From: Selaginella moellendorffii
Lineage: Eukaryota; Plantae; Lycopodiophyta
DNA: 64,000 bases
Assembly: GCF_000143415.4 (NCBI RefSeq)
Contig: NW_003314290.1
Location: 186,001 to 250,000 of the forward strand
Direction: 5' to 3'
This document shows positions 24,011 through 36,765 of the stretch, in pieces. How positions within the stretch are numbered: the stretch's first letter is position 1; each line of letters begins with the position of its first letter. Made by a program: the position numbers and the translations under genes. A model generated the notes under the pieces. That model did no database searches, was not told where the DNA came from, and saw only the letters and a list, made by a program, of their open reading frames with translations.

Positions 24011-27000
24011 CCGGTCTCGGTCCCGGTCTCGGTCTCAACTTCGGACTCCATCTCGGACTCCATCTCGGACTCCATCTCGGACTCCATCTCGGGTCCATCT
24101 CGGGTCCATCTCGGACTCCATCTCGGACTCCATCTCGGGTCCATCTCGGACTCCATCTCGGACTCCATTTCGGGTCCATCTCGGACTCCATCTCGGACTC
24201 CATTTCGGGTCCATCTCGGGTCCACCTCGGACTCCATCTCGGACTCCATCTCGGACTCCATCTCGGGTCCATCTCGGACTCCACTTCGGACTCCAACTTG
24301 GGTCCATCTCGGGTCCACCTCGGACTCCACTTCGGACTCCAACTCGGGTCCATCTCGGACTCCACTTCGGACTCCAACTCGGGTCCATCTCGGACTCCAC
24401 TTCGGACTCCAACTCGAGTCCATCTCGGACACTCCCACGTGTCATGTGTTGGTCCTTTTGGGTCCCTTTTTGGAGCCTCGCCTTTTGCTCGCTTCGTGCT
24501 CGTTCCTCGAGCACTTCGTTGAGAGTTCCACTCCCGCTCTTGACTTTTCAAGTCGGAGCTTTTGGTCCAAACGTGTTACGCTTGTTTGGCTCTCGCTTCG
24601 GCCACTACCATGTGGCGCCCTTCTGGCTCCACTTTGGGGCCTAGGGATTTTGTGTCTCACATGAATCTCACCTTGAACCCGGGTTATGAATGCTCTTGCT
24701 GCATCTCTTGCATGGTCTGGCAAGGTGATGGTGGCACTCTGCTTCCGCATCCAACCATGCACAACATTATCCACCGATATGCTCATGCTGGGATCCCTTG
24801 GATTCAGCACCCATCTCTTTTCTAGGCAATCGTTCGTATATCCGGAACTTGGCTTGAACCACTCCACAGTTACATTGAAGGAGTTAGTTTCCGCGTCCTC
24901 CTCTGCATCAGTGATGCAGCGCCCCACCCATATCATTTGTTTTTTATTACTGGGTCTGACAAGCACGACCATTCCTTTGCAGACCTGTACTGGATTGAAT
25001 GCTGAATCCGGCTTCTTGTTCCTCGGCCCACAATAGTGATCCTCAACATCGTTATCTGTCATTGCATTTCCAGAGGACATTGTTCTGCTACTATCTGGTG
25101 CTCTGGGTTCTGGCCAAAAGGACTCTTCCAATTCTTCATATACAACCGGCCCATTTTGGATAGCAGATATAATCTTCTCCCAGTATTCGAGCAAAGGCTT
25201 GCACCTCTGAAAATAGGATTCTCCACCAAACACCAACCCCCTCTTCCAGAAGGCAATATGCTGTCTAATCCCGGCCACTATACTTTCCTGGTCTTTGAGT
25301 CCATCCGGGTGCATCGGCCGTGGGGAACCCTGAGGAATCATAGGTTCCTCAGTTATGGGATCTCTCTTGAAGAGTTCAATGCCGTCCACTGGCAGCCACA
25401 CTGTGTCCCATTCTCTCATCTTGTACCTCATCACTGGAGCACCGTCACACATGCTGAAATGAAACTGAAGAGGCTTAGAGTGGCCAATCAGCGTTTCGGA
25501 TCCGTCCCTGATGTAGCCTCTTACAAACCCCTTAAAGTCTGGAACCTCTGTCAGAAGTGCAGCTTCAACAGTGCCTTTGATGCAATTTTGGAATTCATCG
25601 TAGAGTTGTGGGAGGGTGAGGACATTGGATCGCCGGAGGGACTCTGCCAGGTGACTGAACATGGCATCGACATCTTCATGAGTGTGCCCAACCATGAGAA
25701 AGCCAAGTGTAACCGTTTCAAATATGCCTTTGGCAACAAGCATCGCCAAGTACGCGAAGACGTACATGTTTTTGTTCTCACTGCCAGCATTGTCTGTTTG
25801 GAGCAGAAGATGGGGTGGAAGGCCACATCGGCCGCAAGAACTTCCTTGAGATTCTGCTTCGTTTGGATGAGGCTGTGCATTCACCGGGCGACCAGCCTCG
25901 TCGGAATGGCATGAGGCCTCACGTGATAACCCTACAATCTGACGGCCAACATATTCACTAGGATGGCATGGGGCCCCACGCGATACTGCAAGCCTTTGCT
26001 CCTCCTCCAGCTGAACCCTGTATGGGGTTCGATCGACAAGGGCCTTATGCAAGGGTTGGCCGTTCAGCTCAGTCTGCGCACTTTGCAGAGACCTTAAGTG
26101 TTTTGCTAGGGACGCAATCATCATGTTTGCACCCCCGCCACCCCATAGAGGTACAAAGAAGTTCCCATAGTTCTGGGCACCATGCCCATGAGCGATTATG
26201 CCAAACAGAGACACAGGCAGCTGCATGGATGAAGAGATTGCCTTGGGGGCAGGATTGAGTCGAGGTAAGCACGTCTTTTTCTGGTCCATTTTGTCGTGGA
26301 TGATGCAGAGGTAAGAGTCAGGTCTCTCCATGGAGAGAATCCTGTTATGATAATATGCAGTCCTGCAGCTTCTCTGCTCGATGTTGTGGTCGAGCCGCCT
26401 TCTAACCAACGTCTCTCGCTCTTGAGCGCTGCAAGAATTCTTCGACAAAGCCATTTTGATAGCAGTGCACTCGTCACACTTTGAAAAGCTGGAGTACTTT
26501 CCTATACTCACATCCCTGAACCTGTTGCTCCACAATCTACTAAATCTAGATTGGCTCAGCTTCCTGTAGCCATTACTCTGGAGTTCCCGATTCACATCTT
26601 CCAATATGGCCCCCTTGGTATACATGGAAGGGAGAACTCGTTGGGTGTCTCGTGTTCCATCTTCCAAGAGGCGGGTTTTATGTGGTTGCTGCTCGCTACA
26701 TGTCTCGACAAACCTCTTGAAGATTGCCTCTCCATATACAACATGACCCCTGGTTTTGTGCGTACCGTCGTTCCCATGGACTGCCTGTTGAACCCTTTGT
26801 TCCTCGAACTCAGTTTTGATTCTGTAGAATGTGGTTCGAGGGACTCCATAAATGATTCTCCATGCCTTCATGCAGACCAAACCCCTCTGGAAGACCATGC
26901 CCCCCACCTGATGTTCTGAAGCATCAACAGATGACCGTAATGCCTCATACACAAAATTGCGAGCTGCCTTCCAGGACAATGTCTTGTATCTTGCTCTCTC

Positions 27001-27726
27001 CTCTTCAATAGCATCCCAATCAGCATGTTGACAGCACCTCCTCTTGCAACAAGCAACTGTCGAGACCATTCGAACCTCCATCGCCATTTTCTGCCTTTTC
27101 GGTTCGTTGCTCAGATCCCTTTGGCTGCGCTTTAGGAAGGTGTACTTTCTTTTCCCATGAAGAGATGTTCTGTCATCAGTTGTAGTGGTGTTTGATTGTG
27201 AATCCTTCACATTCTCAAACACTAAGTGCCTCAATTTCCACCGCACAATGCTTCCAATAGTCAGACTGTTTTCTTCTGTGTCAACAACCTCTAAAATCGC
27301 AACTCCAATATCATCCCAGCCCAATTCTTGATTAGCAACCGCATCTCTTGGATCGACAACTGTGGCTAAGTCCTCAGCTACCACCTCCCCCTTGGGGTTG
27401 TTTAGAAACACTTTTGCCTGAATCCATGTAGCACGGTTCTTAAGATCCACGGAGGGAACATGCGTCGCACTTGCGCTGTCCCCAACATCTGCTTTCTTCT
27501 GAAGATTTTTCAAGGCAACAACAACATTTACCCCGACGACCATCTCTCCTCGTTCAATAGCGACCACATTCCCATCGAAGACAGTCTCTACTGATACAGC
27601 AGCATTGCCTTCCCCAAGCCTTTGACAGTGTATAACAAAGTTCCGATCCATAGACACAAGGGTCCCTTTTGCAACTCTCTTCCCACCATTCAAAATGTAA
27701 ACCTTTTCCCCAACCCTGAAGGCCAT
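22782..27726 (-). CDS. Putative DDD/E transposase, ~1,030 aa; exons 27726-24672 and 22816-22782
   Basis: Motifs HDKMDQKK, QTDNAGSENKN, FLMVGHTHEDVDAMFS, KCDEC; two N-terminal Tnp1/En/Spm-like repeats; C-terminal BAH-like segment; GTGAG donor at 24671, AG acceptor at 22817, last exon GEQSESESEEA*. Confidence 0.85.
22864..24661 (-). mobile_element. Family-A solo LTR inserted in the transposase intron
   Basis: TGT...ACA, TSD TGAAT (22859-22863, 24662-24666). Confidence 0.95.
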
Positions 27727-28069
27727 TCTGAAAGTGCAGAAAAGAAGTTAAGACCATACAAAAAATGATTGGAGAATGGCATAAATCATAACATACCAAA
27801 CAAACTCAATAGCATGAGGCCACATGCCATTATTCAAACATGCTATTGACACCCACGTGAAATTTTGCATTCACAAAATTGGCATGAGGCCTCATGCCAT
27901 CTTGATATACACACAGCTGCAGGCAAGTAAAAACATACATGACAATACGCTAGCCATGAAATTGCAAGGGCCCAAGATGGCATGTGGCCTCATGCCATTT
28001 CTAAATGTGGTCCTAAGCCATTCCATGGTGAACATACCAGGAAGCACAAGTGCCGAATATCAAGAGGAA

Positions 28070-28225
28070 GCGGTAGCCACACCAAAGACAGTGCCGCTCG
28101 CAACACCGCAACTACTCGTAGCGCCGCTCGCAACACCGCAACTGCTCGTAGTGCCGCTCGCACAAACTGCCACTCGCATAAACTGCCGCTCGCAATGGCG
28201 CTCGCAATGCCGCAACCGCTCGTAG
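28070..28225. repeat. GC-rich ~30-bp tandem repeat (GTGCCGCTCGCAACACCGCAACTACTCGTA) upstream of the transposase
   Basis: 2-3 clear units followed by degenerate ones. Confidence 0.75.
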
Positions 28226-30289
28226 ACGCATAAACCACAGCCCACAACGCCGCTTACACAAGCAGCGCTCACTGCGCTCAGCGGAACCAAGAACACGGCG
28301 CACAAAAATGATAGACCTAGGAATGAGTTCGAGAATTCAAAAATAACACACGCTTGAACGTCACATCAAATCCTCTGACAAACCAGATCTTATGATTCCT
28401 CTGACAAATTTCAAACTGAGTAGCTTCTAGACTTTGCTGTCGGAGGTTGAACTTTGTCACATCATGTCCTTGCCTCGATCCAGCTGTGCCATGTCAGTGA
28501 TTCGAACTTTGCCATGCCATGTCAGCGATCCGCGCCAAGATTATTCGCCGTGTAAAGGAATAATTATGCTGTATGTGTACGTCCATTTATGGCAATATAA
28601 GGCCACACGCCATTCAAAGAATAATGCTCGACATAAGGCCACACGCCATTCAAAGAATAATGCTAGTCGAGCATTTTTTGGTGCATTTTTGGGTTCAAAA
28701 TTGCATGAGCCCACACGCTATAAAGTTTACCTGTACCAAAAATAGAAACAGCTTTATTTACTTGGGAATTTAAGTGGTTGAGGCATTTTTAAACTTACAA
28801 ACACATGCCCTACTTACATTCCTTTGGTTGCCTAAAATTCAAAAATATTATAAACCTTTCTTTTTGCATTTTCAATGTTTTCAATTATGGTTTTTGATTT
28901 TCGTAGGACAAGCCTAGTAATCTATTTGCATCCCGTCATGTTTATAGCTAGCTTTCGTTTGTCCCCTTCGCTAGCCTGAGATACATCTGCTCGGCATCTG
29001 CCTATTACAGCATTTGCCCAGAAAGGACATCTTTCTTCACGTAGCATTTGCCACATGTTTAGGGTTTAGGGTTTAGCAATTCAGTAGCTTGATAAACATG
29101 CAAATACAGAACTTGATGCAAAATCCTTTGATATGTCACAATGCCCCTAGGACCATAAACACATTTCAATAGAGAGGGTCCTTTCATTTCATAACTCCTT
29201 ACGTAGATCTTGGTGAAACCAGAGTTAGTGAAGTTAGTTTCTTGTGATCCCGCATCTGATTGTGATGTCCCTTTGCAGTTTCGATGGAAAGGTCAATGCA
29301 CACCAAACTGTAAAATCTTGGAGCAAAATAACAGTCGGATCTATGGCAAATGCCCCTGAAACATTGTAAGGCTTGTGTGGTCTCATGTGGTGTCCGATCG
29401 AGATGCTTCTTTGCAGGGTCATCAAGAAAGACATTGTATACCATTCTGTAAAATCTAGTTGCGATCTAACGGTTGGATCTCCAGAAAACTCAAAAAAATC
29501 TCGCGCGTGTCAGAATATCCTAGGAATATACTCCTATGTGCCCCTGAAAATGGCATGCGGCCCCACGCCATTCAAGAGATAATGCCAGATGACGCCGAGA
29601 ATTTTTTGGTGCATTTCTTGGGTTCAAAATTGCATGAGCCCACACGCTATAAAGTTTATCTTTGCCAAATAGAGAAAAGTTTATCTGTGTCATGTGAGGT
29701 AGTTACAGTCCTTTGTGCTCGGCATCTGCCTCTTGCAGCATTTGCACTGAAAGGGAATTTTTCTCCATTCAGCATTTGGCCCTGAAAATGGCATGCGACC
29801 ACACGCCATTGAAGGAATAACGCCACAGGACGCCTGGATTTTTGGGTTTAAAATGTTTAGGGTTTTTTGGGTTTTTTCAAAATATTTTGGGTTCAACGTT
29901 TTTTGGGTTTCTTTGGTTCAAAATTGCATGAGCCCACACGCTATAATATTGATTTGAGAGAAAAATAGAAACAGATAGAATTTCTTTATTTAGCTGAACA
30001 TCTGCCATTTTTGGAAATACAAGATGCTTTGGAATATCCAATCATGCATGGTATAAATATAGCGAGGGTATTAAATGATATCCCAATCATGATCTTTCTT
30101 TTGGATTTCGCGTGCATGCAGTCCGAGGAATGATGACGTTGCGGATTTCTTTTGGATTTTGCGTGCTTGCATGCGCGCGGCAATCCAGAAATTAATGGTG
30201 GCGCCCAAGTCCGAGGAATGATGACGTGGCGGGATTACCAACCGTTGTGACATTTCGCGCGTGTGAGGTTAGGTTTTGCATTTTGCTTT

Positions 30290-30482
30290 GTACTCGCGCT
30301 CGCACACTCGCGCTCTCGCTCGCATCACACTCGGGCTCCCGCTCGCATCGCGCTCCCACTCGCGATCACGCTCACTTCTCTACAGGTTTCTCGTGTGCAT
30401 CGGCGTCCACTCGTGCTTGCATCACACTCGCGCTTGCATCACACTCGCGCTCGCATCGCGCTCGTGTGCATCGGCGTCCACT
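30290..30482. repeat. CpG-rich CACTCGCGCTCGCATCA-type repeats upstream of the cargo gene
   Basis: Repeated short units; CTCGTGTGCATCGGCGTCCACT occurs twice. Confidence 0.7.
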
Positions 30483-30690
30483 TCAAGACACACCCAGTTT
30501 GTAACTTCGCCGCCAACTCCGCCGCCCACTCCGCCACCCACACGTAGCCCACTTGGCGTCCCGGGAGATTTCAGCGCCACTCTCCAACTGTAAGTGGCAG
30601 AGTAGCCTTGCTGCTATGATCCGCTGCACACACAGTGCACATTCGCCAGCGAGTCCGGCCTCGATTTTCACGGCCTCCATTCGGCTTCAA

Positions 30691-33600
30691 ATGGTAAGTC
30701 TTTTAGACGAAGTAGAAAATGGCATGAGGCCACATGCCATTCAGTAGCAACATTGGCATGCACCGATTGGGCTCTCGAGTGCAGTCCGGTTACAGATGGC
30801 GTGTAGCCTCACGCCATCTTAGGATGCAGCCTCAAGACATCTGATGCAGTGGTGAATGGCGTGTGGCCTCACGTTATTTTCAGCTGCTAGCTTTTCATCT
30901 GTCAGCTCTAATTGTTGTGCATTTCTGAACAGGCGAGGAATTGCGTTCTTCTTCCAGCCACTGTCAATGTGGATGCAGAGAAGGGGGAGGAGCTCACCAG
31001 TTGGACTTTCGGGATGGAAGGCGAGGATCTGATGCTGTACAACACAGATGGTGGGAGAAAAGAATGCATGGGGATCCTCATCCAAGTGACAGACACTCCA
31101 TGCAGTTCCATGCAAGAATATGGACTGGCACTTGTGGTAGAGACAGCGTCCGCCTTCAAGATCCACCTTGCACATCCTAGCGGCTTCCCGGAGGGGGGCA
31201 GCGGCTATGAGGAATTCCTAGAGGGAGCTAGGGAGAGGTTGTCCAGGAGGCCCACAATTTCAAAGACGCTGCGGGTCTATGAAGATCACATGGAATCCAC
31301 GGACCTCACCTACGGCGATGTTCAAAAACTATATTCCAACATTGAGCCGTTGAGAGTGCCTCCAGTTTGCGAAGCGAAGGGGAAGGGGGTCGATCTGGAA
31401 ACTACCCCGAAGCAGAAAAGGGTGGTCAAGCTCAAGCCGACGTCCGACTCTGCTGCTCCAAAAAAGAAGCTACTCGGTGATGCCATTGCCTCGGGTTCGA
31501 ACACTACACCCACCAGAAAGAAGAGCCGCAAAGAGCAGAAAGAGCAAGAAGAGGCAGCAAAAATCGTCGCAGATAATAGTACTTGTTACTATTCCAACAA
31601 AGTATATACAATCGACGTGAGCCGTATCGAGATCCAAAGCAAATACAACCACAGGCTAGTATCTGATGAGTGGGTGGAGAAACTGAAGCAGAAGATGCTG
31701 GCAAGTCCAGTAACACCCGACATCGCAGACGTGATCCCCTACTACCGAACAATGAAGGGCAAGACGAGGTTTCCAGACTTGATCAATAGGAAGGTGTTGG
31801 ACGATCAGAACATCCGGTTCTATGCCGTCTCCGGGCAGCATTCTAGCTTGGCAATGCAAGAGATAGTTGTGGATATTATGGTGGGCGAAGAGGTGAAGAA
31901 AGTCTTCAAGACAAGAGTTGTCCGCCTGATAAAAGGCAACTCGCCCCTCCGATCTATCATATACATCTCCCACGCGCAGAATGTCAAGCAAGAAACGTGC
32001 TACAAATCGGGTCTGCACGAGACATTGGCACGAACACAGAAGCTCTGGGTTCAACTGAAGAAGCCACAAAAACCAGGACAAGGACGTGCACTAGCAACTA
32101 GCGCCTGGCAGGTAAGCCTCGTTGCATGTGGCATAGCATGTGGCCTCACGCCATTTCCATTGCAGGAATTCTCGAGTCTTCTCTCGAAAACACTGGGGGT
32201 CAATGACACACTCAGCATCCATAACATTCTACTCGCGACAAAAGTTGTTTTTGACAAATGGGTAGATGTGCTAAGGAGGTACCATGACGGGGAGTTGCTA
32301 AACTCAATGGGTGTGGAGGACAGCCGGAAGCCCAATGATTTGAAGCTCAACGCCTTGCGTTTCTCGCGGTCTCTAGACGACGACGACCTTCTGACAGTGG
32401 CTAATGCTCTTCTACGTGGTGAGGTAGTCTTCAACAAGACCAAAATGACTCCCGGCCATATTGTGACATACGAGGACTTGTGCACGACTCTGAGAGCTCG
32501 TGCGCTATTGAAGGATTGGATCTTCGAGCAAGTGGCCGTGGCGAGGGTGAGCATCGACACCACGCAAGAGATGATGGAAGAGCTGGAGTTGTCAAATGAA
32601 GACATCGACGAGTACGTGAAGGGGGCCCCCAAGTTCATCGATCTGCTGCGGGATGCCACGAAAAGTAAAGCTGAGAAGTTGGATCAGTATCCAAATTTCA
32701 TTTAGAGGGATGTCGACCGCCGGCTTCAGAAACAGCTCGACCCCGCAGCAGAGGCCTATCGAGAACCTTACCGGGTATACGTGAATTCGGATGAGGATCA
32801 AAGGTGGAGGAGCATCATTTCCCGCGGAGATGAGCAAGTCAAGAACATCTTTTGTGTGATGGACTTCACAAACGAGGAGATCACTCATGCAGACGAAGTC
32901 AGCTCCATCATTGACTTAATGGTGGGACTTGCGGAGGTGGAATCTTCAGTCCACTATATGATCTACGACTCCGAATCCTATCACAAGTTCTGGAAGGCCT
33001 TGAACGAGGTGAAGGCTCGGTTGAAAGGCAAGGAGATGCGGGAGATCCATGGGATAATGGCTAAGAAGAAGATACCGACGAATGTCCGCATCTTCACAGT
33101 CGCCCTTGTTATTGGTCCTGCAGCAGAGTGGGACTGGAGTGACTTCCCAGCTTCGTTCAACAAAGCCGATCGAATTGATCTGAGGGAGGTCAATTTACCC
33201 ATGCCTGAGGAACTGAAGACGGCTATGGAGCTTTCAAATCCAAAGAAAGCTCCAGGTGCAGCATGGGAAATGCTCAGCTGGGTCTTCAACGCAATAGCGG
33301 GTGACTCCAAGGGCAAATGCGTTGTCGAGTACAACTGCGGCGGACTATTCTTTCAAGCCGCACTACTCAAGGGTGTCCCGTGTGTTGCGGTGACAAACTC
33401 CATTGAAGAGGTGACTTCAATGGAGCATATAATTACAGTTGCCAAAGAAAAACAGTATCTTCTCTACGAACCTGGTGAGTACGCACTTTAAGTTTAAATG
33501 TTATCTCACAAGCTCTGTATGCAGGAGCGTGGCCACCCCAAGATGCTGAAACGGCGTTAACAGCTACTGATGTTAGGCCGAGGTCACAACCTGCACAAGG

Positions 33601-36266
33601 TAAGGTCACGTGAGGCCTCACGCCATTTTGATTATAGATCGTTGTGAATATTCAGACACGAGGACTGAAAAGCGCACTGGTGGCGCGTCGAAGAAGGACA
33701 AACAGACAAGCAATAGGAAAAAAGGAGGTACAAATTATATTTGCAATGGCGTGTGGTCTCATGCCATTCCTTGCAGGAGACACTTCTTCAAAGGCAAAAC
33801 AGGCAAGCACCAGCCAAGCTCAAACTGACAGTGGTCATAAAAAGCGAAAGCACGTTGGACAGTCGTCGGGATCAGAGGCGTTTGATTCGAAAAGGAAGAA
33901 GGGCAACGAAAAGATGATAGGTAATGCCTCGCGGTTATGGCGTGTGTGCTCATGCCATTCATTGCAGATCAAGGGCTGAGTGAAAGGAGCCAGTCACCAC
34001 CTTCTGACTCAGATTCCTATGGCGGACTCCCCTTCCCCAATCTCAATGGAGAGGTACAATGGATGAGGGATGCTTTTCAAGTCAGGGCCACGTTTTTCTC
34101 ATCTCGTCGTCTTCGAAGGGTGCAAGAACGTGCAGAAACCATGTTAAGACAGTCGGGTGAGGATACGGTCCTAGGTCACGCACTAAAACAGGCTATGGAT
34201 GTCTTGTATTTTGAGATGGAGACTCGGCCAGATGATTTTTCCAAGATGGTCCTGGAAAAACAAGCAATCCAGCCTGAGCAGCCTATGGAAGAAATGCAAG
34301 AGGGGGATGAGGAGCCAGAGAAAGATAATGAGCAAGAAGAGCAGAAGGACGAAGAGGAGGACAAAGAAGAGGAGGACGAAGAGGACTTGGATGGTCCTCA
34401 CAATGGTGACGATCACAATAACGACGATGACGATGATGACGACGATGGCCAGCCTGAGGTGGCCAAAGAGCAGCGGAGGAAGGTCATACAAGACAAACCA
34501 TCAGGTAAATAATAGTACATCCATTCCTAACCTTTTACCATTTCTAACATTGTCCATGTAGGTCGCAGAAGAAATGGTAAGTAGAGATTATTCAGTTGAA
34601 TTAAAATACAAACTCTAGCCTTTAGTGTCGAGGAAGGATAGTGCCAAGCAAGGGTCGAAACGTATGTCCAATCCTTCAGAATCAGCAGTGCGCCCAAGTG
34701 ATATCGGTCCTAGTTCCTCAATAGCAGTTGATGGTAAATACAGTATAGTCGATTCAATGTGCTAATGAGTTTGTTTTTAGTAGCACGGGAGGATACCATC
34801 TCAATCGAAGGGAGATATTTGGACATGCATATGGATCTGCCAGTGGACTCTACTTGCCTGCAAGAGTCATCAGAGCTGGTGGAGGCTACTATCCATATCA
34901 ACGCCAAGCAAGCTGACCACGCTCCACTTGATGCTGCCCATACCACTGAGTCAATCTTGTCCACGTATCCAACTGACGGTGACCAGGCGCCATTGGACCC
35001 GCATGAGGCCGCCCCAGCCGCCGAGCCGGTCGTATCCTCATTTCCAACGTGTGCCCAATCGTCTGACTACGCGCCGTTGGAACCTCCCTACACCGCCCCT
35101 GCTGCCTGTTCGGTCATGTCCACTTTGCCAACGGAGGCACCAGCTGAAATGGCGTGTGATCACACGCCATCGGAACCACCCCATGCCACTGTTGAGCCAG
35201 TTGTACCAGAGTCTACAGCTGAAATGGCATGTGCCCACACGCCATCGGATGCAATTGACCCCACATTGCAGAGGAGAGTATTTCCGCCCTTCACGTTTCC
35301 TCGACCAAAACCCTCTGAACGACCATCGGGAGCACCATTCGCTAATATTGTAGATGGTAAAATTGACTTGTACCATTTTTTATGCTGACGCATTTCATTT
35401 CAGAGTCACGGCGAAAGTACTGTATCGTTTTTGATCTGAACGGTGTCCTTTTCTCCCATGAGCGTGGCTCGTCCTCGAATGTCACTGCACCCTCCAAAGC
35501 CTGCGGTCGCAAGTTGGTCAAAAGAGACAGATTCACATTAATCACACGGGAGAAACTGCGGGATCTAATAATGACCATGCGACACTTAAAACAGAGGGCC
35601 GGGTTCAATTTGCAATTGAGAGTTTGGACATCCATGATGCGCCACAATGCATTAACGTTGCTACAGATGATGCACGATCAGACGCGAGTAATATTACCAT
35701 TTGACTTTCTCCTAACGCAGGAGGATTGCTTGACTATGGTCCATGTGAGGGGTAGCAAGCCCATCTTCGTCAAGGCAGAGGCTGTAGTGATGAACCAGAC
35801 TGCTAGGTCAAGTGAAATCCTCATCATTGATGACTCGCCGATTAAAACTGCAGCGAACACGCACACATATGCAGTGCACCCCATCTCTTGCAGTATGGAA
35901 ACTAGGGAGAAGAAACCGTATGTTCTGGGGGACCTTGCAAAACGGCTTGAAGCGATGGTGATAGAGAACCGGCCAGTCCAGGAGGTGGCTGCAGAAATCA
36001 ACCAAATGGCAGATGGAACGGTATATCAGAAGCCATTTGATCGGACAGACACCAGTCATCATTTATGGCATGTATATTGTCTAGCCAAGCACTATCCGCA
36101 TCTCCATAATCTGCTCAACCGGATGGGTTCTTCGACCACTGAACATGAGCGTGGACGTATTAGAGAAGAGATGGCATTACTATTGGGTTTAAATCCTGAT
36201 AGTGTGGAGAGTGATGAAATTCCAAGATTATTGTATAGGCGTTGGAGGCAAAAAATAACAGTCTGA
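30691..36266 (+). CDS. Transposon cargo gene, ~11 exons, ~1,626 aa: ParB-like region, possible degenerate MTase fold, acidic linker, C-terminal FCP1/NIF-like HAD domain; one premature TAG at 32703
   Basis: Introns 30694-30932, 32112-32165, 33475-33524, 33600-33655, 33728-33776, 33921-33967, 34505-34561, 34577-34625, 34734-34780, 35357-35403 splice into one frame; motifs FYAVSGQHS, VFDLNGVL, WTSMMRHN, ILIIDDSPIK. Confidence 0.8.
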
Positions 36267-36765
36267 GATGGCATGTATTTATTTAAAAATGTAACTTATT
36301 ATGGCATGGGGTTCCATGCCATTGTATTAATATTAAAAGACAATTCTTTGAGAGGATTTGCATTATACTAGAAGTGTTACAGCATGTTATTGGAAGTCTA
36401 CGAAGTTGTTTTATTAATAAGGGGAAAGTAAAGATTGAATGGGGACTTGGGCTCCACCTAGACTCGGAGCAACTGAGCCAATATTAAAAGGATGGAAAGA
36501 AATTGGACGACGATGACAAGGAGAAGAGAGAGGTGAAGCAGTGGCAGGGGGAGGAGAAGTGATTGAGTAGACATTTCCTTGTTTAAAATAAAATGGCATG
36601 TGCCTCAATGCAGTTGAATTTTGTTATATTTATATACTATATAAAGGTTTGGAAACCTTATTTTACAAGTGGGATAATGACAATTCCCACTTTAACGAAA
36701 TAGAGCTTATAGACGGAAAAACGGAAAGGGTGAATAGGCAGTTGGAGGATTATTTGCGATGCTAT

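Larger units (their letters stand above)
21451..36615. repeat. About 30 dispersed 22-bp palindromes ATGGCRTG-N6-CAYGCCAT
   Basis: Examples near 21857, 22615, 22761, 27809, 27879, 27977, 29550, 29788, 30719, 30796, 33745, 33937, 35149, 35225, 36301; no full copy noticed outside the TIRs. Confidence 0.9.
21226..36708 (-). mobile_element. 15.5-kb TIR DNA transposon (Sola-like / DUF7869-type) with divergent cargo gene
   Basis: Perfect 22-bp inverted core GCTCTATTTCGTTAAAGTGGGA (21228-21249, 36685-36706), 4-bp TSD ATAG (21222-21225, 36709-36712), transposase inside. Confidence 0.9.

Noticed and set aside
25036-25914. 292-aa plus-strand ORF
   Set aside because: Antisense shadow of the transposase with no motifs
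21189-36695. TTAA target duplication (piggyBac/Sola3-like) for the DNA transposon
   Set aside because: The right TTAA lies inside the TIR; the TIR plus ATAG boundaries explain the site better
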